Part shown: one piece after another, positions 9,225 to 18,097 of the stretch | How positions within the stretch are numbered: position 1 is the first letter of the stretch | How the letters are laid out: every line of letters begins with the position of its first letter | Assembly (NCBI RefSeq): GCF_000025505.1 | Contig: NC_013849.1 | Coordinates: 1,800,001-1,832,000 of the forward strand | DNA length: 32,000 nt | Reading direction: 5' to 3' | Source: Ferroglobus placidus DSM 10642 | GTDB lineage: Archaea > Halobacteriota > Archaeoglobi > Archaeoglobales > Archaeoglobaceae | Notes under the pieces: model-generated | Told to the model about the DNA's origin: nothing | What the model saw: the letters and a program-made list of their open reading frames with translations, nothing else | Databases searched by the model: none | Position numbers and translations under genes: made by a program

Positions 9225-9297
9225 TAGCCCCGCGGGGATTCGAACCCCGGTCGCCGGCTCCAAAGGCCGGCAGGATTGACCGCTACCCTACGGGGCT
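9225..9297 (-). tRNA. tRNA-Gln (anticodon UUG)
   Basis: AGCCCCG acceptor pairs with CGGGGCT; anticodon stem CCGGC/GCCGG with loop CTTTGGA; T arm CGGGG-TTCGAAT-CCCCG; discriminator A; CCA not encoded. Confidence 0.93.
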
Positions 9298-9428
9298 TTT
9301 CAAACTTCTACTTTCGCTGACTAAAAATAAAGTTTACCCTCCACCTTTCTCCACTTTTATAAGAGCCTGCAGCGACTAACTTCTCCAAAAAATAAACTTT
9401 TAAATACACTCTCTGGCAGTACTCCATC

Positions 9429-10757
9429 ATGAGTTTCTTCGAAGAGTATTTTGAATTTAGGAAATACAACACCGACGTTAGAACAGAAGTGTTAGCAGGT
9501 TTAACAACTTTCATGACCATGGCGTACATAATCTTCGTAAATCCAGCAATTTTGAGCGACGCAATAGGGAAAGAAGCTATTCCGAGCTTGGTAACAGCTA
9601 CAGCCCTTTCTGCTGGCGTAGCAACGATCATCATGGGGCTTTACGCCAAAAAGCCCTTCGCTCTCGCTCCCGGAATGGGTCTAAATGCGTACTTTGCTTA
9701 CTCTGTCGTCCTCGGAATGGGTTATCCGTGGCAGGTCGCTCTGGCTGCAGTGTTCGTTGAGGGAATCATTTTCATCATACTCAGCGTAACGAAGTTCAGA
9801 ACGCTCGTAATAGATGCAATCCCCGTCTCGCAAAAGTATGCGATAGGTGCTGGAATTGGGTTGTTTTTAACGCTTATAGGGATGAAAAACGCCGGGATAG
9901 TTGTCGGAAGCGAAGCGACTCTCGTCACTCTTGGAGTTGAAAACTTCGCCAAGCCGGAGTTTTGGGTGGCGATGCTCGGATTGGTAATAGCAGCAGGTCT
10001 GATGGTTAGAAGAATTCCGGGAGCTTTGCTCATAGCGATCATCGTGGCAACTATCGTGGCTGTTGCTGTGGGAGTCGCTCCCCCACCAAAAAGCCTCTTC
10101 GCTTTGCCTACTCTCGAACACACGCTTTTCAAGATGGATTTAGCTGGATTGATTAACTTCGGAGCGTTTGGAATAGTCTTCGCCTTCTTCATGGTGGACT
10201 TCTTCGACACTCTCGGAACAGTAGCTGGGCTTAGCGCAAAAGCAGGATTCATGAGAGAGGATGGATCAATTCCGGACAGCGAGAAGATTCTGCTAACAGA
10301 CGCTATAGGAACGACCTTCGGAGCTGTCCTCGGAACTTCGACCGTAACGACCTACATAGAGAGTGCTGCCGGTATAGAGGAGGGAGGAAGAACTGGACTG
10401 ACAGCATTAGTTGTGGGAATCCTCTTCCTAATCATAGGGCTTTTCGTCTCTCCGATAGCGGCGATAATTCCGGCAGCAGCCACAGCTCCGGCTTTGATCT
10501 TGGTCGGTTTTCTAATGCTGACAGTGGTGAGAGACATAGACTTCGACGATCTGACAGAAGCTCTTCCGGCATTCATAGCTCTCGTGACGATTCCCTACAC
10601 GTTCTCGATAGCTCACGGAATCGGAGCCGGATTTATCAGCTACGCAGTTCTGAAGCTCATAGCCGGAAGAGGGAGGGAAGTGCACTGGCTTCTGTACATT
10701 CTGGCGATAGTCTTCGCTATATACTTCCTCTACGAGGGAGGACTAATAACCTTCTAA
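9429..10757 (+). CDS. Purine (guanine/hypoxanthine-type) permease, NCS2/AzgA-like
   Basis: RTEVLAGLTTFMTMAYIIFVNPAILSDA, FALAPGMGLNAYFAY, FFDTLGTVAGLSAKAG, multiple TM segments. Confidence 0.9.
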   Translation: MSFFEEYFEFRKYNTDVRTEVLAGLTTFMTMAYIIFVNPAILSDAIGKEAIPSLVTATALSAGVATIIMGLYAKKPFALAPGMGLNAYFAYSVVLGMGYPWQVALAAVFVEGIIFIILSVTKFRTLVIDAIPVSQKYAIGAGIGLFLTLIGMKNAGIVVGSEATLVTLGVENFAKPEFWVAMLGLVIAAGLMVRRIPGALLIAIIVATIVAVAVGVAPPPKSLFALPTLEHTLFKMDLAGLINFGAFGIVFAFFMVDFFDTLGTVAGLSAKAGFMREDGSIPDSEKILLTDAIGTTFGAVLGTSTVTTYIESAAGIEEGGRTGLTALVVGILFLIIGLFVSPIAAIIPAAATAPALILVGFLMLTVVRDIDFDDLTEALPAFIALVTIPYTFSIAHGIGAGFISYAVLKLIAGRGREVHWLLYILAIVFAIYFLYEGGLITF

Positions 10758-10800
10758 AATTTTTTATACATCCCGATCAGAATTTTTTTGCCGATGATGA

Positions 10801-11016
10801 ATGATGGGCGAACTGAACAATGATGAATGGGGAGAGGCTGAGGCAGAATTAAAAAAGAGTTTAGTAAGAATATCGATAGTTCATTCTTCGATCGTGCTTT
10901 TTGCCGTGGTTTTCGTGGCTGCTAAGCTTTCTGGGTTGAGTTATCTCGTTTCAACTGTTCTTGCTGCAATTCTTTCTGCTATCACAGCTCTTTTAAGAAT
11001 TCGTTTGAATCGATGA
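10801..11016 (+). CDS. Small two-TM hypothetical protein
   Basis: 71-aa ORF with two hydrophobic segments; overlaps the 3' end of the convergent nicotinamidase gene. Confidence 0.5.
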   Translation: MMGELNNDEWGEAEAELKKSLVRISIVHSSIVLFAVVFVAAKLSGLSYLVSTVLAAILSAITALLRIRLNR

Positions 11017-11524
11017 TTTTTGCCTGAAACACGTTTTCCATGTGCTTCAAAGCGTACTCGTAATCGTAGTCGTTTAGAGCGGCGGTGCAATCCTTTATCA
11101 CGACAACCTCGTATCCTCTCAAAGCGGCATCTCCAGCGGTGTGGAGAACGCATATGTTCGTCAGAACTCCGGTAAGGTACAACCTTTTCACCTCAAGCTC
11201 CCTCAACGTCAAATCCAAATCCGTTCCGAAAAAAGCGGAATACCTCCTCTTTCTCACGACGTAATCTTCTTCTCTAACTTCAAGCTCGTCTATTATCTCA
11301 GCTCCTCTGCTTCCCGCTATGCAATGGGCTGGCCAGATTTTGAACTCCACATCGTCTTTCCTGTGCCAGTCTTGAGTGTAAATCACCGACATTTTTTTCC
11401 TCGCCTCTTCGACAACCTTTCTCAGCGGTTCGAAAATGTTTCTTATGTGGTCTCCTCCGTAGAGAGCGCCGTCGGGATAGCAGAAGTCCTTCTGCATGTC
11501 GACGACGATTAACGCGGACTTCAT
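10982..11524 (-). CDS. pncA: Nicotinamidase / isochorismatase-family hydrolase (start re-set to MKSALIVVDMQ)
   Basis: MKSALIVVDMQKDFCYPDGALYGG, YTQDWHRKDDVEF, GVLTNICVLHTAGDA. Confidence 0.85.
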   Translation of the reverse strand: MKSALIVVDMQKDFCYPDGALYGGDHIRNIFEPLRKVVEEARKKMSVIYTQDWHRKDDVEFKIWPAHCIAGSRGAEIIDELEVREEDYVVRKRRYSAFFGTDLDLTLRELEVKRLYLTGVLTNICVLHTAGDAALRGYEVVVIKDCTAALNDYDYEYALKHMENVFQAKIIDSNEFLKEL

Positions 11525-11584
11525 ATGTGAAAATGTGAGCAATTCCATAAAAATTTATCGAACAACTGTTCGATCACAAAAATC

Positions 11585-11896
11585 TCACTTCTCTATCACG
11601 TTCTCCTTAACTGCAATCCTCTCAAGCTCGTCCCTTATTTCTTCGAGACTGTTCATTAAGTACTTCCAGAGATTCGGCTCGAGCTTCTCGTTTTTAGTTA
11701 TCTCTTCCCTCAACTCCTTCAACCTAATTTTAAGCCTTCTGAAAACCTCCGCGTATTCTTCCTCTTTTTCGCTTCCGTACATAATGCTCGAAAGCCTGCC
11801 GAGAATCCCTCTGAGGATTCTTATTCTTTCCTCCGGGTTTGAGGAATAATCGAAGTTTTCGAGAAGGTTGTATATCTGCTCTGAAAGAGAAGGCAT
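11585..11896 (-). CDS. Hypothetical helical protein
   Basis: 103-aa intact ORF of charged, heptad-like composition. Confidence 0.5.
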   Translation of the reverse strand: MPSLSEQIYNLLENFDYSSNPEERIRILRGILGRLSSIMYGSEKEEEYAEVFRRLKIRLKELREEITKNEKLEPNLWKYLMNSLEEIRDELERIAVKENVIEK

Positions 11897-11933
11897 GGAT
11901 TTCAGGTGGAGTGGGTGTTATAAAAGTGTTGTG

Positions 11934-13004
11934 TCACGGGCAGATGACTATGCCCCTCGCCCACAAGCAATCTCCGCAGTTTGGAGAGTTACCGAAGCAG
12001 TCCATTTCTGTTGAGAGAGAATAGTAGCAGCCGTTCACGTGCTTACAGTCCGTGCAGGAGGCATAGAGTGAGTTTTCAACGACGTATCGAAACTTCAGGT
12101 ATTCGTCGGAGGTCCATATGTCCTCTAAACTCACCTCTCTGACATTTCCAAAAGAGAAGCTCTTAACGTCAACTTTTCTTCCAAAAATGTATTCGGCATA
12201 GTCGTGAAGCAGCCGGTAGCAAGGACAGACTTCTCCGTCCCACCTTATAACAGCGCTCCTCCTCTTCACGAAGTTGCAGCTTCTTTCGGTCCTTACTCTG
12301 AACTCTGGAATAACGTATTTAGGTCCTCTGAAGCATTTTTTAACGAGTTCATCCGCCGGATTGTTCTCCTTGCAGGGACTATACACTATCGCGTCGCTCA
12401 ACTCTTCAGACGTTGGAACGAGGTTCGAGACGATTATTTCCGCCACTCCGTACTTCCTAAGCTCTGGAAGCTTGGATAACTCGGAAACGTTTTCTTTCGT
12501 TACGACAAATTCGACGCATATCGTTGGCTTGTCTTTCCCGTACTTCTCCTTAGCTTTGTCTAAGGCTATTATGGCGTTTAAAGCAGACTCTTCATGACCT
12601 ATTTCGCTTTTAGCTGGAGGAATGCAGTCGAGGGAAACGTAAACCCTATCAACGTTCCTTTTGACGATTTCTTCAGCCATTTCCTCAACCAAGATGCCGT
12701 TCGTTGAAAACGAAACTCTGAAATTTTTTGCTAAGTCCAAAAATTCGAGAAAGTTTGGATGAACTGTTGGCTCACCTATTCCGCCGAAGAATATCTCACT
12801 CAGCTCTGGAAATTTCTCGGCTTGAAAAATTATTTTTTTAAAGAGATCTTCGTCCATAAACCCCTCTTTTTCGCTCCATTCGTTTCTGAAGCACATCTTG
12901 CATGATAGGTTACAGTAATTAGTTATCTCGACGTATATTCTTTTCAAATCGAGTTTTTTGTCAAGAACGACGTATCCTGAGAAGATTTTTAAAAAGACCA
13001 TCAA
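11934..13004 (-). CDS. Radical SAM/SPASM protein of the tungsten AOR cofactor-maturase type
   Basis: CxxxCxxC in NYCNLSCKMCF, C-terminal SPASM-type cysteines (CTDCKHVNGC, CFGNSPNCGDC), divergent neighbour of AOR. Confidence 0.85.
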   Translation of the reverse strand: MMVFLKIFSGYVVLDKKLDLKRIYVEITNYCNLSCKMCFRNEWSEKEGFMDEDLFKKIIFQAEKFPELSEIFFGGIGEPTVHPNFLEFLDLAKNFRVSFSTNGILVEEMAEEIVKRNVDRVYVSLDCIPPAKSEIGHEESALNAIIALDKAKEKYGKDKPTICVEFVVTKENVSELSKLPELRKYGVAEIIVSNLVPTSEELSDAIVYSPCKENNPADELVKKCFRGPKYVIPEFRVRTERSCNFVKRRSAVIRWDGEVCPCYRLLHDYAEYIFGRKVDVKSFSFGNVREVSLEDIWTSDEYLKFRYVVENSLYASCTDCKHVNGCYYSLSTEMDCFGNSPNCGDCLWARGIVICP

Positions 13005-13028
13005 AAGAATTTGCTTGAATAAACCATT

Positions 13029-13048
13029 AAGCTTTTCCCTAAAAGCTT
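13029..13048. promoter_or_regulatory. Perfect 8-bp inverted repeat AAGCTTTT-CCCT-AAAAGCTT in the divergent maturase/AOR intergenic region
   Basis: Read directly; lies between the starts at 13004 (-) and 13111 (+). Confidence 0.4.
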
Positions 13049-13110
13049 CGAGGGATGTATACAGCGGTGCACAACGAACATGTTAAATAATTAAAATTCC
13101 GAATATCACT

Positions 13111-14907
13111 ATGGAGTACACTATTTTGAGGGTGGATTTAAGTAAGGACAAGATATGGGAAGAGAAAGTTGGGGAGAAAGTAATAAAGAAGTACCTTGGC
13201 GGCAGAGGACTGGGAGTCAAAATTCTGTACGAGGAAACTGAAGCTGGGATCGACCCCTTCGGTGAGGAGAACAGGCTGATCTTCATGACTGGCTACGCAA
13301 CTGGAACTGCTGTTCCTCTAAGCGGTAGATTCCACGTCATAACGAAGTCCCCTCTAACCGGCGGAATCGGCGACAGCAATTGTGGCGGACAGTTTGGTCC
13401 GATGTTGAGGTTTGCCGGCTACGAAGGAATAGTCGTTCAGGGAATAGCCGATAATCCGGTTTATCTCTACATTGAAGATGGTCACGCGGAGCTTAGAGAC
13501 GCTTCCCACCTCTGGGGTAAGGGAACCTGGAGCACGGAAGACACTCTCAGAGAAGAGCTCGGCAAGGACATTAACATCGTCAGCATAGGTCCGGCTGGGG
13601 AGAATAAAGTTATGATGGCTGCGATAATAAACGACAAGCACAGAGCAGCCGGAAGAACCGGAGTAGGGGCTGTAATGGGGAGTAAAAAGCTGAAGGCGAT
13701 AGTGGTTAGAAAAGGAAAGAGAAAACCGGAAGTTCACGACGAGGCGAAGTTAAAGGAGGCTGTGGAAAACGTTAGAAGAATTGTCAGAGAGAGTCCCGTA
13801 ACTGGAGAAGCACTGCCAACCTACGGAACGGCTGTTCTTGTGAACATAATAAATGAAACCGGTGGTTTTCCGACGAGAAACTTCAAAACCGGAGTTTTTG
13901 AGAAAGCTAACGAAATCAGCGGAGAGAAAATAGCTGAAACGTATTTAGTTAGAAAGAAGGCTTGCTGGGGATGTATCGTAGCCTGTGGTAGAGTTACTAA
14001 GGTTGAAACGCCACCATATCAGGTCGACGGAGAAGGTCCGGAGTACGAGACCGCTTGGAGCCTTGGAGCTATGTGCGGAATAAGCGATTTGGCTGCTGTG
14101 ATCAAAGCTCACAACCTTTGCGATGACCTCGGGATGGATCCGATAAGCTTTGGCTCGACCGTGGCTTGTGCTATGGAGTTGTACGAAAACGGAAAAATAC
14201 CCGAGGAGAAGCTCGGCGGTTTGAAGCTGGAGTGGGGCAATCCGCAGACTGTTGTTGAATTAGCTTGGAGAACCGCTTTTAGAGACGGATTTGGCGACGA
14301 AATTGCCATGGGGGCTAAAAGGCTTGCCGAAAAATACGGAATGCCGGATTTGGCTATGCACGTGAAGGGATTAGAGCTTCCAGCTTACGATCCGAGAGCC
14401 TACAAAGGACATGGACTTGGATACGCGACTTCGAACAGAGGGGGATGCCACTTAAGAGCATACATGATCGCTCCGGAAGTTCTCGGAATTCCGGAAAAAC
14501 TCGATCCGCTAACCCCGGAAGGAAAGGCTCAGTGGGTGAAGATATTCCAGGATCTGTTCTGCATAGTCGACTCGATGGTCGTCTGCAAGTTCATAACCTT
14601 CGCAGTCGGAGCTGAAGAACTTTTGAGCGTAACTAATCCGATAACCGGCTGGGACTGGAACGTTGACGAATTCATGAAAGCTGGCGAAAGAATTTACAAC
14701 CTCGAAAGACTTTACATAAACAGGGAAGGTTTCGACGGAAAGGATGACACCTTGCCTAAAAGACTGTTGGAAGAACCCATGCCGGAAGGCGCAGCTAAGG
14801 GGCACGTGGTTGAGCTTGACAAGATGCTCGAGGAGTTCTACAGGATAAGAGGGTGGGTTAACGGAAAGCCAACTGAAGAAAAGCTCAGAGAACTGGACAT
14901 ACCATGA
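13111..14907 (+). CDS. aor: Aldehyde ferredoxin oxidoreductase family (tungstopterin enzyme)
   Basis: YLGGRGLGVKILYEE, GDSNCGGQFGPMLRFAG, Fe-S motif CWGCIVACG, AYKGHGLGYATSNRGGCHLRAY. Confidence 0.93.
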   Translation: MEYTILRVDLSKDKIWEEKVGEKVIKKYLGGRGLGVKILYEETEAGIDPFGEENRLIFMTGYATGTAVPLSGRFHVITKSPLTGGIGDSNCGGQFGPMLRFAGYEGIVVQGIADNPVYLYIEDGHAELRDASHLWGKGTWSTEDTLREELGKDINIVSIGPAGENKVMMAAIINDKHRAAGRTGVGAVMGSKKLKAIVVRKGKRKPEVHDEAKLKEAVENVRRIVRESPVTGEALPTYGTAVLVNIINETGGFPTRNFKTGVFEKANEISGEKIAETYLVRKKACWGCIVACGRVTKVETPPYQVDGEGPEYETAWSLGAMCGISDLAAVIKAHNLCDDLGMDPISFGSTVACAMELYENGKIPEEKLGGLKLEWGNPQTVVELAWRTAFRDGFGDEIAMGAKRLAEKYGMPDLAMHVKGLELPAYDPRAYKGHGLGYATSNRGGCHLRAYMIAPEVLGIPEKLDPLTPEGKAQWVKIFQDLFCIVDSMVVCKFITFAVGAEELLSVTNPITGWDWNVDEFMKAGERIYNLERLYINREGFDGKDDTLPKRLLEEPMPEGAAKGHVVELDKMLEEFYRIRGWVNGKPTEEKLRELDIP

Positions 14908-15179
14908 AAGTGAAGTTCAAACTTTACGCATCGCTGAGAAGAGGAAGGGGGACTGTGGAAGTAGAATTTAAAGGAAAAACGCTGAGAGATGCGTTGAGAG
15001 AACTCTTTAAAATTTATCCAGATCTGAGCGAAATTGTGGAAAGGGACAGAGTTAAGGAGTTTTACAAAATTTTCGTCAACGGGAGGGATGTGGAGCATCT
15101 CGAAGGTCTTGATACAGAGCTGAAAGAGGGAGATGAGATAGCGATCTTCCCCCCTATCGCAGGAGGTTTAAACCGATAA
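14904..15179 (+). CDS. MoaD/ThiS-like ubiquitin-fold sulfur carrier
   Basis: VKFKLYASLRRGRGTVEVEFKGKTLRDALRELF...IAIFPPIAGG; ATGA overlap with the AOR gene. Confidence 0.85.
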   Translation: MKVKFKLYASLRRGRGTVEVEFKGKTLRDALRELFKIYPDLSEIVERDRVKEFYKIFVNGRDVEHLEGLDTELKEGDEIAIFPPIAGGLNR

Positions 15180-15197
15180 GTGCTTTCTATTTTTTGA

Positions 15198-15695
15198 ATG
15201 CTGCTCAGGGTAGAGGTAACTAAGCACGCGCTCGAAAGGCTTTTTGAAAGATTCCCGAAGCACAAAAAATTTGACGCGAGGACTGTAGCTAACATTTTCG
15301 AAAGCATAATAAAAAACGGAATCGTTTTAAGGTTCGGCGATGAAATAAGAATTTCCACGAGCAATTACACTCTTTGCTGCGTTCTTGAGGATAAACTCGT
15401 TATCAAGACTGTCCTGAAAACGAAGGAGCTTGGAAAAGATTACAAAAGGCTTCTGAGAAAAGGTAAAAGGAGCGAGTGGAACAACGTAGTTTTCGATATG
15501 AAAAAACTCGAAAGGCTTTGCAAGAGAGTTGAGAAGCTTAAGGAGCTCTGCAAGATTTGCGGAATTTCAAAGGAGCAAACTGCAATAAACAGATGCAAGG
15601 TTTACGGATTCTTCGTCTGCAGCTTTTGCTGCATTTCCATCGGCGGTGGGTGGGAAAAGTGCGCCGGATGCGAATTCGATCCGATTCCGAGATAA
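15198..15695 (+). CDS. Hypothetical protein: possible DUF4258-like N-terminal domain plus Cys-rich C-terminal domain
   Basis: KHALERLFERFPKHKKFDARTVANIFESIIKNG...; C-terminus ELCKICGISKEQTAINRCKVYGFFVCSFCCISIGGGWEKCAGC. Confidence 0.7.
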   Translation: MLLRVEVTKHALERLFERFPKHKKFDARTVANIFESIIKNGIVLRFGDEIRISTSNYTLCCVLEDKLVIKTVLKTKELGKDYKRLLRKGKRSEWNNVVFDMKKLERLCKRVEKLKELCKICGISKEQTAINRCKVYGFFVCSFCCISIGGGWEKCAGCEFDPIPR

Positions 15696-15728
15696 AAACA
15701 TTTAATTACCTCCGGCAGTTCGAGTAAT

Positions 15729-17156
15729 ATGCTTCCTCCCAAATCGAACTTCTCGGAGTGGTTTCACGAGATAATTCAGCAGGCGGAGATAATGGACATT
15801 CGATACCCGGTAAAGGGTCTTTACGTGTGGTTCCCCTTCGGTTTTAAGATAAGGAGGCTCGTTTACGATAAGCTTAGGGAAATAATGGACAGAGATCACG
15901 AAGAAGTTTACTTCCCAACGCTCATTCCAGAGACTGAGCTGGGGAAGGAAAGCGAGCACATAAAAGGGTTCGAAGACGAGGTTTTCTGGGTTACTCACGG
16001 AGGTTTGGAGAAGCTTGACGTTAAGCTCGCTTTAAGACCGACGAGCGAAACGGCGATGTATCCAATGTTCAAGCTCTGGATAAGAAGTCACGCAGATTTA
16101 CCGCTGAGAGTTTACCAGATCGTCAACGTTTTCAGATACGAAACTAAACACACGAGACCGCTGATAAGGTTGAGAGAAATAACTTCCTTCAAAGAAGCTC
16201 ACACAGCCCACAGAAATTACGAAGAAGCTGAAGAAAACGTTAGGCTTGCTGTTTCTTTGTATAAGGAATTCTACGACTTCTTAGCGATTCCGTACTTAAT
16301 TCTGAGGAGACCGGAATGGGACAAGTTCCCCGGAGCGGACTACACGATAGCCTTCGACACCGTAATGCCGGACGGAAGGACGATGCAGATAGGCACTGTG
16401 CATCATTTGGCTGACAACTTCGCTAAAACTTTCGACATAAAGTACGAAACACCAGATGGTGATCACGCTTACGTGCATCAAACGTGCTACGGAATCTCAG
16501 AAAGATGCATCGCAGCGTTGATAAGCATACACGGAGACGATCTCGGGCTTGTTCTTCCGTTTGAAGTCTCTCCGGTCCAGATAGTGATAATTCCGATTCT
16601 CTACAAAGGAAAAGAGGAGGAAGTAATGGATCTGAGCAAAAGAGTTTACGAGAAGCTGAAAGGCTACGGATTTAGGGTTGTCCTCGACGATACAGACGAA
16701 AGACCCGGAGCGAAGTACTACAAGTGGGAGCTGAAGGGTGTGCCTATCAGAATCGAGATAGGACCGAAAGAAGCTGAGAGGAATGAAGCTGTTGTGTCTT
16801 TCAGAGATGAGAAAGTGAAGAAATCGTTGAGCGTGGAAGAGCTGAGTAAAGAGAAAATACTTGAGTGGGCGAGAGAAATGAAGGAGAGGCTTAAGAAGAA
16901 AGCTGAGGAGGAAATGAGAGCTAAAGTCAGAATTTTCTCGAACTTAGAAGAGGCTAAGGAATGGATTGGAAAAGGTGTGGCAGTTTTCTACTTCTGCGGA
17001 GATGAAAAGTGCGGAGAAGAAGTGGAGGAAAAACTCTCAGCAGGAATTCTCGGAAAGTTTGAAGAAATTCCCGAATGGATATCAGCCGAAGAAAAGGGAA
17101 GATGCGTAAATTGCGGGAGAGAAGGTTTCCTATGTGCTGCCGCTAAAAGCTACTAA
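15729..17156 (+). CDS. proS: Prolyl-tRNA synthetase (archaeal/eukaryotic type)
   Basis: [39 protein letters not shown]; C-terminal four-Cys domain ending in Tyr (AAAKSY). Confidence 0.96.
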   Translation: MLPPKSNFSEWFHEIIQQAEIMDIRYPVKGLYVWFPFGFKIRRLVYDKLREIMDRDHEEVYFPTLIPETELGKESEHIKGFEDEVFWVTHGGLEKLDVKLALRPTSETAMYPMFKLWIRSHADLPLRVYQIVNVFRYETKHTRPLIRLREITSFKEAHTAHRNYEEAEENVRLAVSLYKEFYDFLAIPYLILRRPEWDKFPGADYTIAFDTVMPDGRTMQIGTVHHLADNFAKTFDIKYETPDGDHAYVHQTCYGISERCIAALISIHGDDLGLVLPFEVSPVQIVIIPILYKGKEEEVMDLSKRVYEKLKGYGFRVVLDDTDERPGAKYYKWELKGVPIRIEIGPKEAERNEAVVSFRDEKVKKSLSVEELSKEKILEWAREMKERLKKKAEEEMRAKVRIFSNLEEAKEWIGKGVAVFYFCGDEKCGEEVEEKLSAGILGKFEEIPEWISAEEKGRCVNCGREGFLCAAAKSY

Positions 17157-17168
17157 AAAATTTTAAAT

Positions 17169-18023
17169 TTATTTGTGGCAAGTTGTACACTTTATCGTAG
17201 GATAGTGGTTCGTCTTGTCAGTATGACAGCTCTCGCAAATAGCTCTAACTCCCACCGATTTGTGGGGCTGGTGGCAGCTCCTGCAGTCTTTCCCTTCGTG
17301 CTTCGTGTGCATCGGATTTTTCGGCATCGTGTGGCAGGTTTCGCAGCTGAAAGGTTCTTCAGTCACGTGAGGCTGATGGCAATAACTGCAGTCGGTATTT
17401 GCGTGAGCTCCTTCGGGAAGAGCGAGTATTATGTTTCTCTCAGTGTGACACTTCTTACAATCCTGCTGGTGAGGCTTTATGTCCTCTCCCCTCTCATTTA
17501 CGCTTGCCAAGAAGGGGTGGCAGTTCGTGCAGTGGAAGTCCATGCTCTTTATTTTCAGCTTTTTGTCGCTGTGACACTGCCAGCACTCGCTTCTGTCGGG
17601 AACGAACTTGTGAATTCTTCCTCCGTGACAGTCGATACAGTTAGCGTGAGCTTTTTCTAAATGGAATTTATGTCCGGCAGTTTCCGCAACATAGGGCCAT
17701 TTTCCTTGTTTGAAGTGGCACTCTTCGCACCTCTCGTTCTCTATTTTCACATGCTCCCTGATGTCCTCTCTAACTCTCTCCGGACGCTCAGTAAAGTAAA
17801 CAACGAGAAGCCTCATGTTCTCTTCCATGTTTGCAACATGGCATTCGTGGCAAGTCACATTTCTATGGGGGCTTTGGTACCACTTGTTCCAAGCTTCCTC
17901 CATGAGGTGACAAGTTTTACAGAACCTCGGATCGTCTTCGATGAATACGAAGGTTTTTGCTCCGACCACTCCGAGGATAACTCCCGAGATTATTAAGGCG
18001 GCAACTATGGATTTAACATCCAT
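17169..18023 (-). CDS. Membrane-anchored 12-heme c-type cytochrome (NapC/NirT-like N-terminus)
   Basis: One N-terminal TM plus 12 CxxCH motifs: CKTCH, CHECH, CEECH, CIDCH, CWQCH, CTNCH, CKKCH, CSYCH, CETCH, CRSCH, CESCH, CTTCH. Confidence 0.9.
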   Translation of the reverse strand: MDVKSIVAALIISGVILGVVGAKTFVFIEDDPRFCKTCHLMEEAWNKWYQSPHRNVTCHECHVANMEENMRLLVVYFTERPERVREDIREHVKIENERCEECHFKQGKWPYVAETAGHKFHLEKAHANCIDCHGGRIHKFVPDRSECWQCHSDKKLKIKSMDFHCTNCHPFLASVNERGEDIKPHQQDCKKCHTERNIILALPEGAHANTDCSYCHQPHVTEEPFSCETCHTMPKNPMHTKHEGKDCRSCHQPHKSVGVRAICESCHTDKTNHYPTIKCTTCHK

Positions 18024-18097
18024 GACAAGAGTTGCTCGAAATGGTAAATAAATAATTTGCCTTTCAGTTCAAATGCTTTCAAGAAATAACCCAGCTC

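Noticed and set aside
8970-9263. 97-aa minus-strand ORF (MEPATGVRIPAGLSSS...)
   Set aside because: Its 5' part runs through the tRNA-Gln gene (the MEPATGVRIPAG peptide is a typical tRNA T-arm translation artefact), and the rest opposes zinc-knuckle fragments.
9225-9297. Possible attachment-site duplication of the tRNA 3' end within 7400-8600
   Set aside because: I looked for the ATTCGAACCCCGG-type segment and did not see a copy. The island boundaries therefore remain unproven.
17175-17996. Two long plus-strand ORFs (161 and 111 aa) covering the cytochrome gene
   Set aside because: Shadow frames created by repeated TGC/CAC codons of the CxxCH motifs. The minus frame has clear heme-binding logic and the plus frames resemble nothing.
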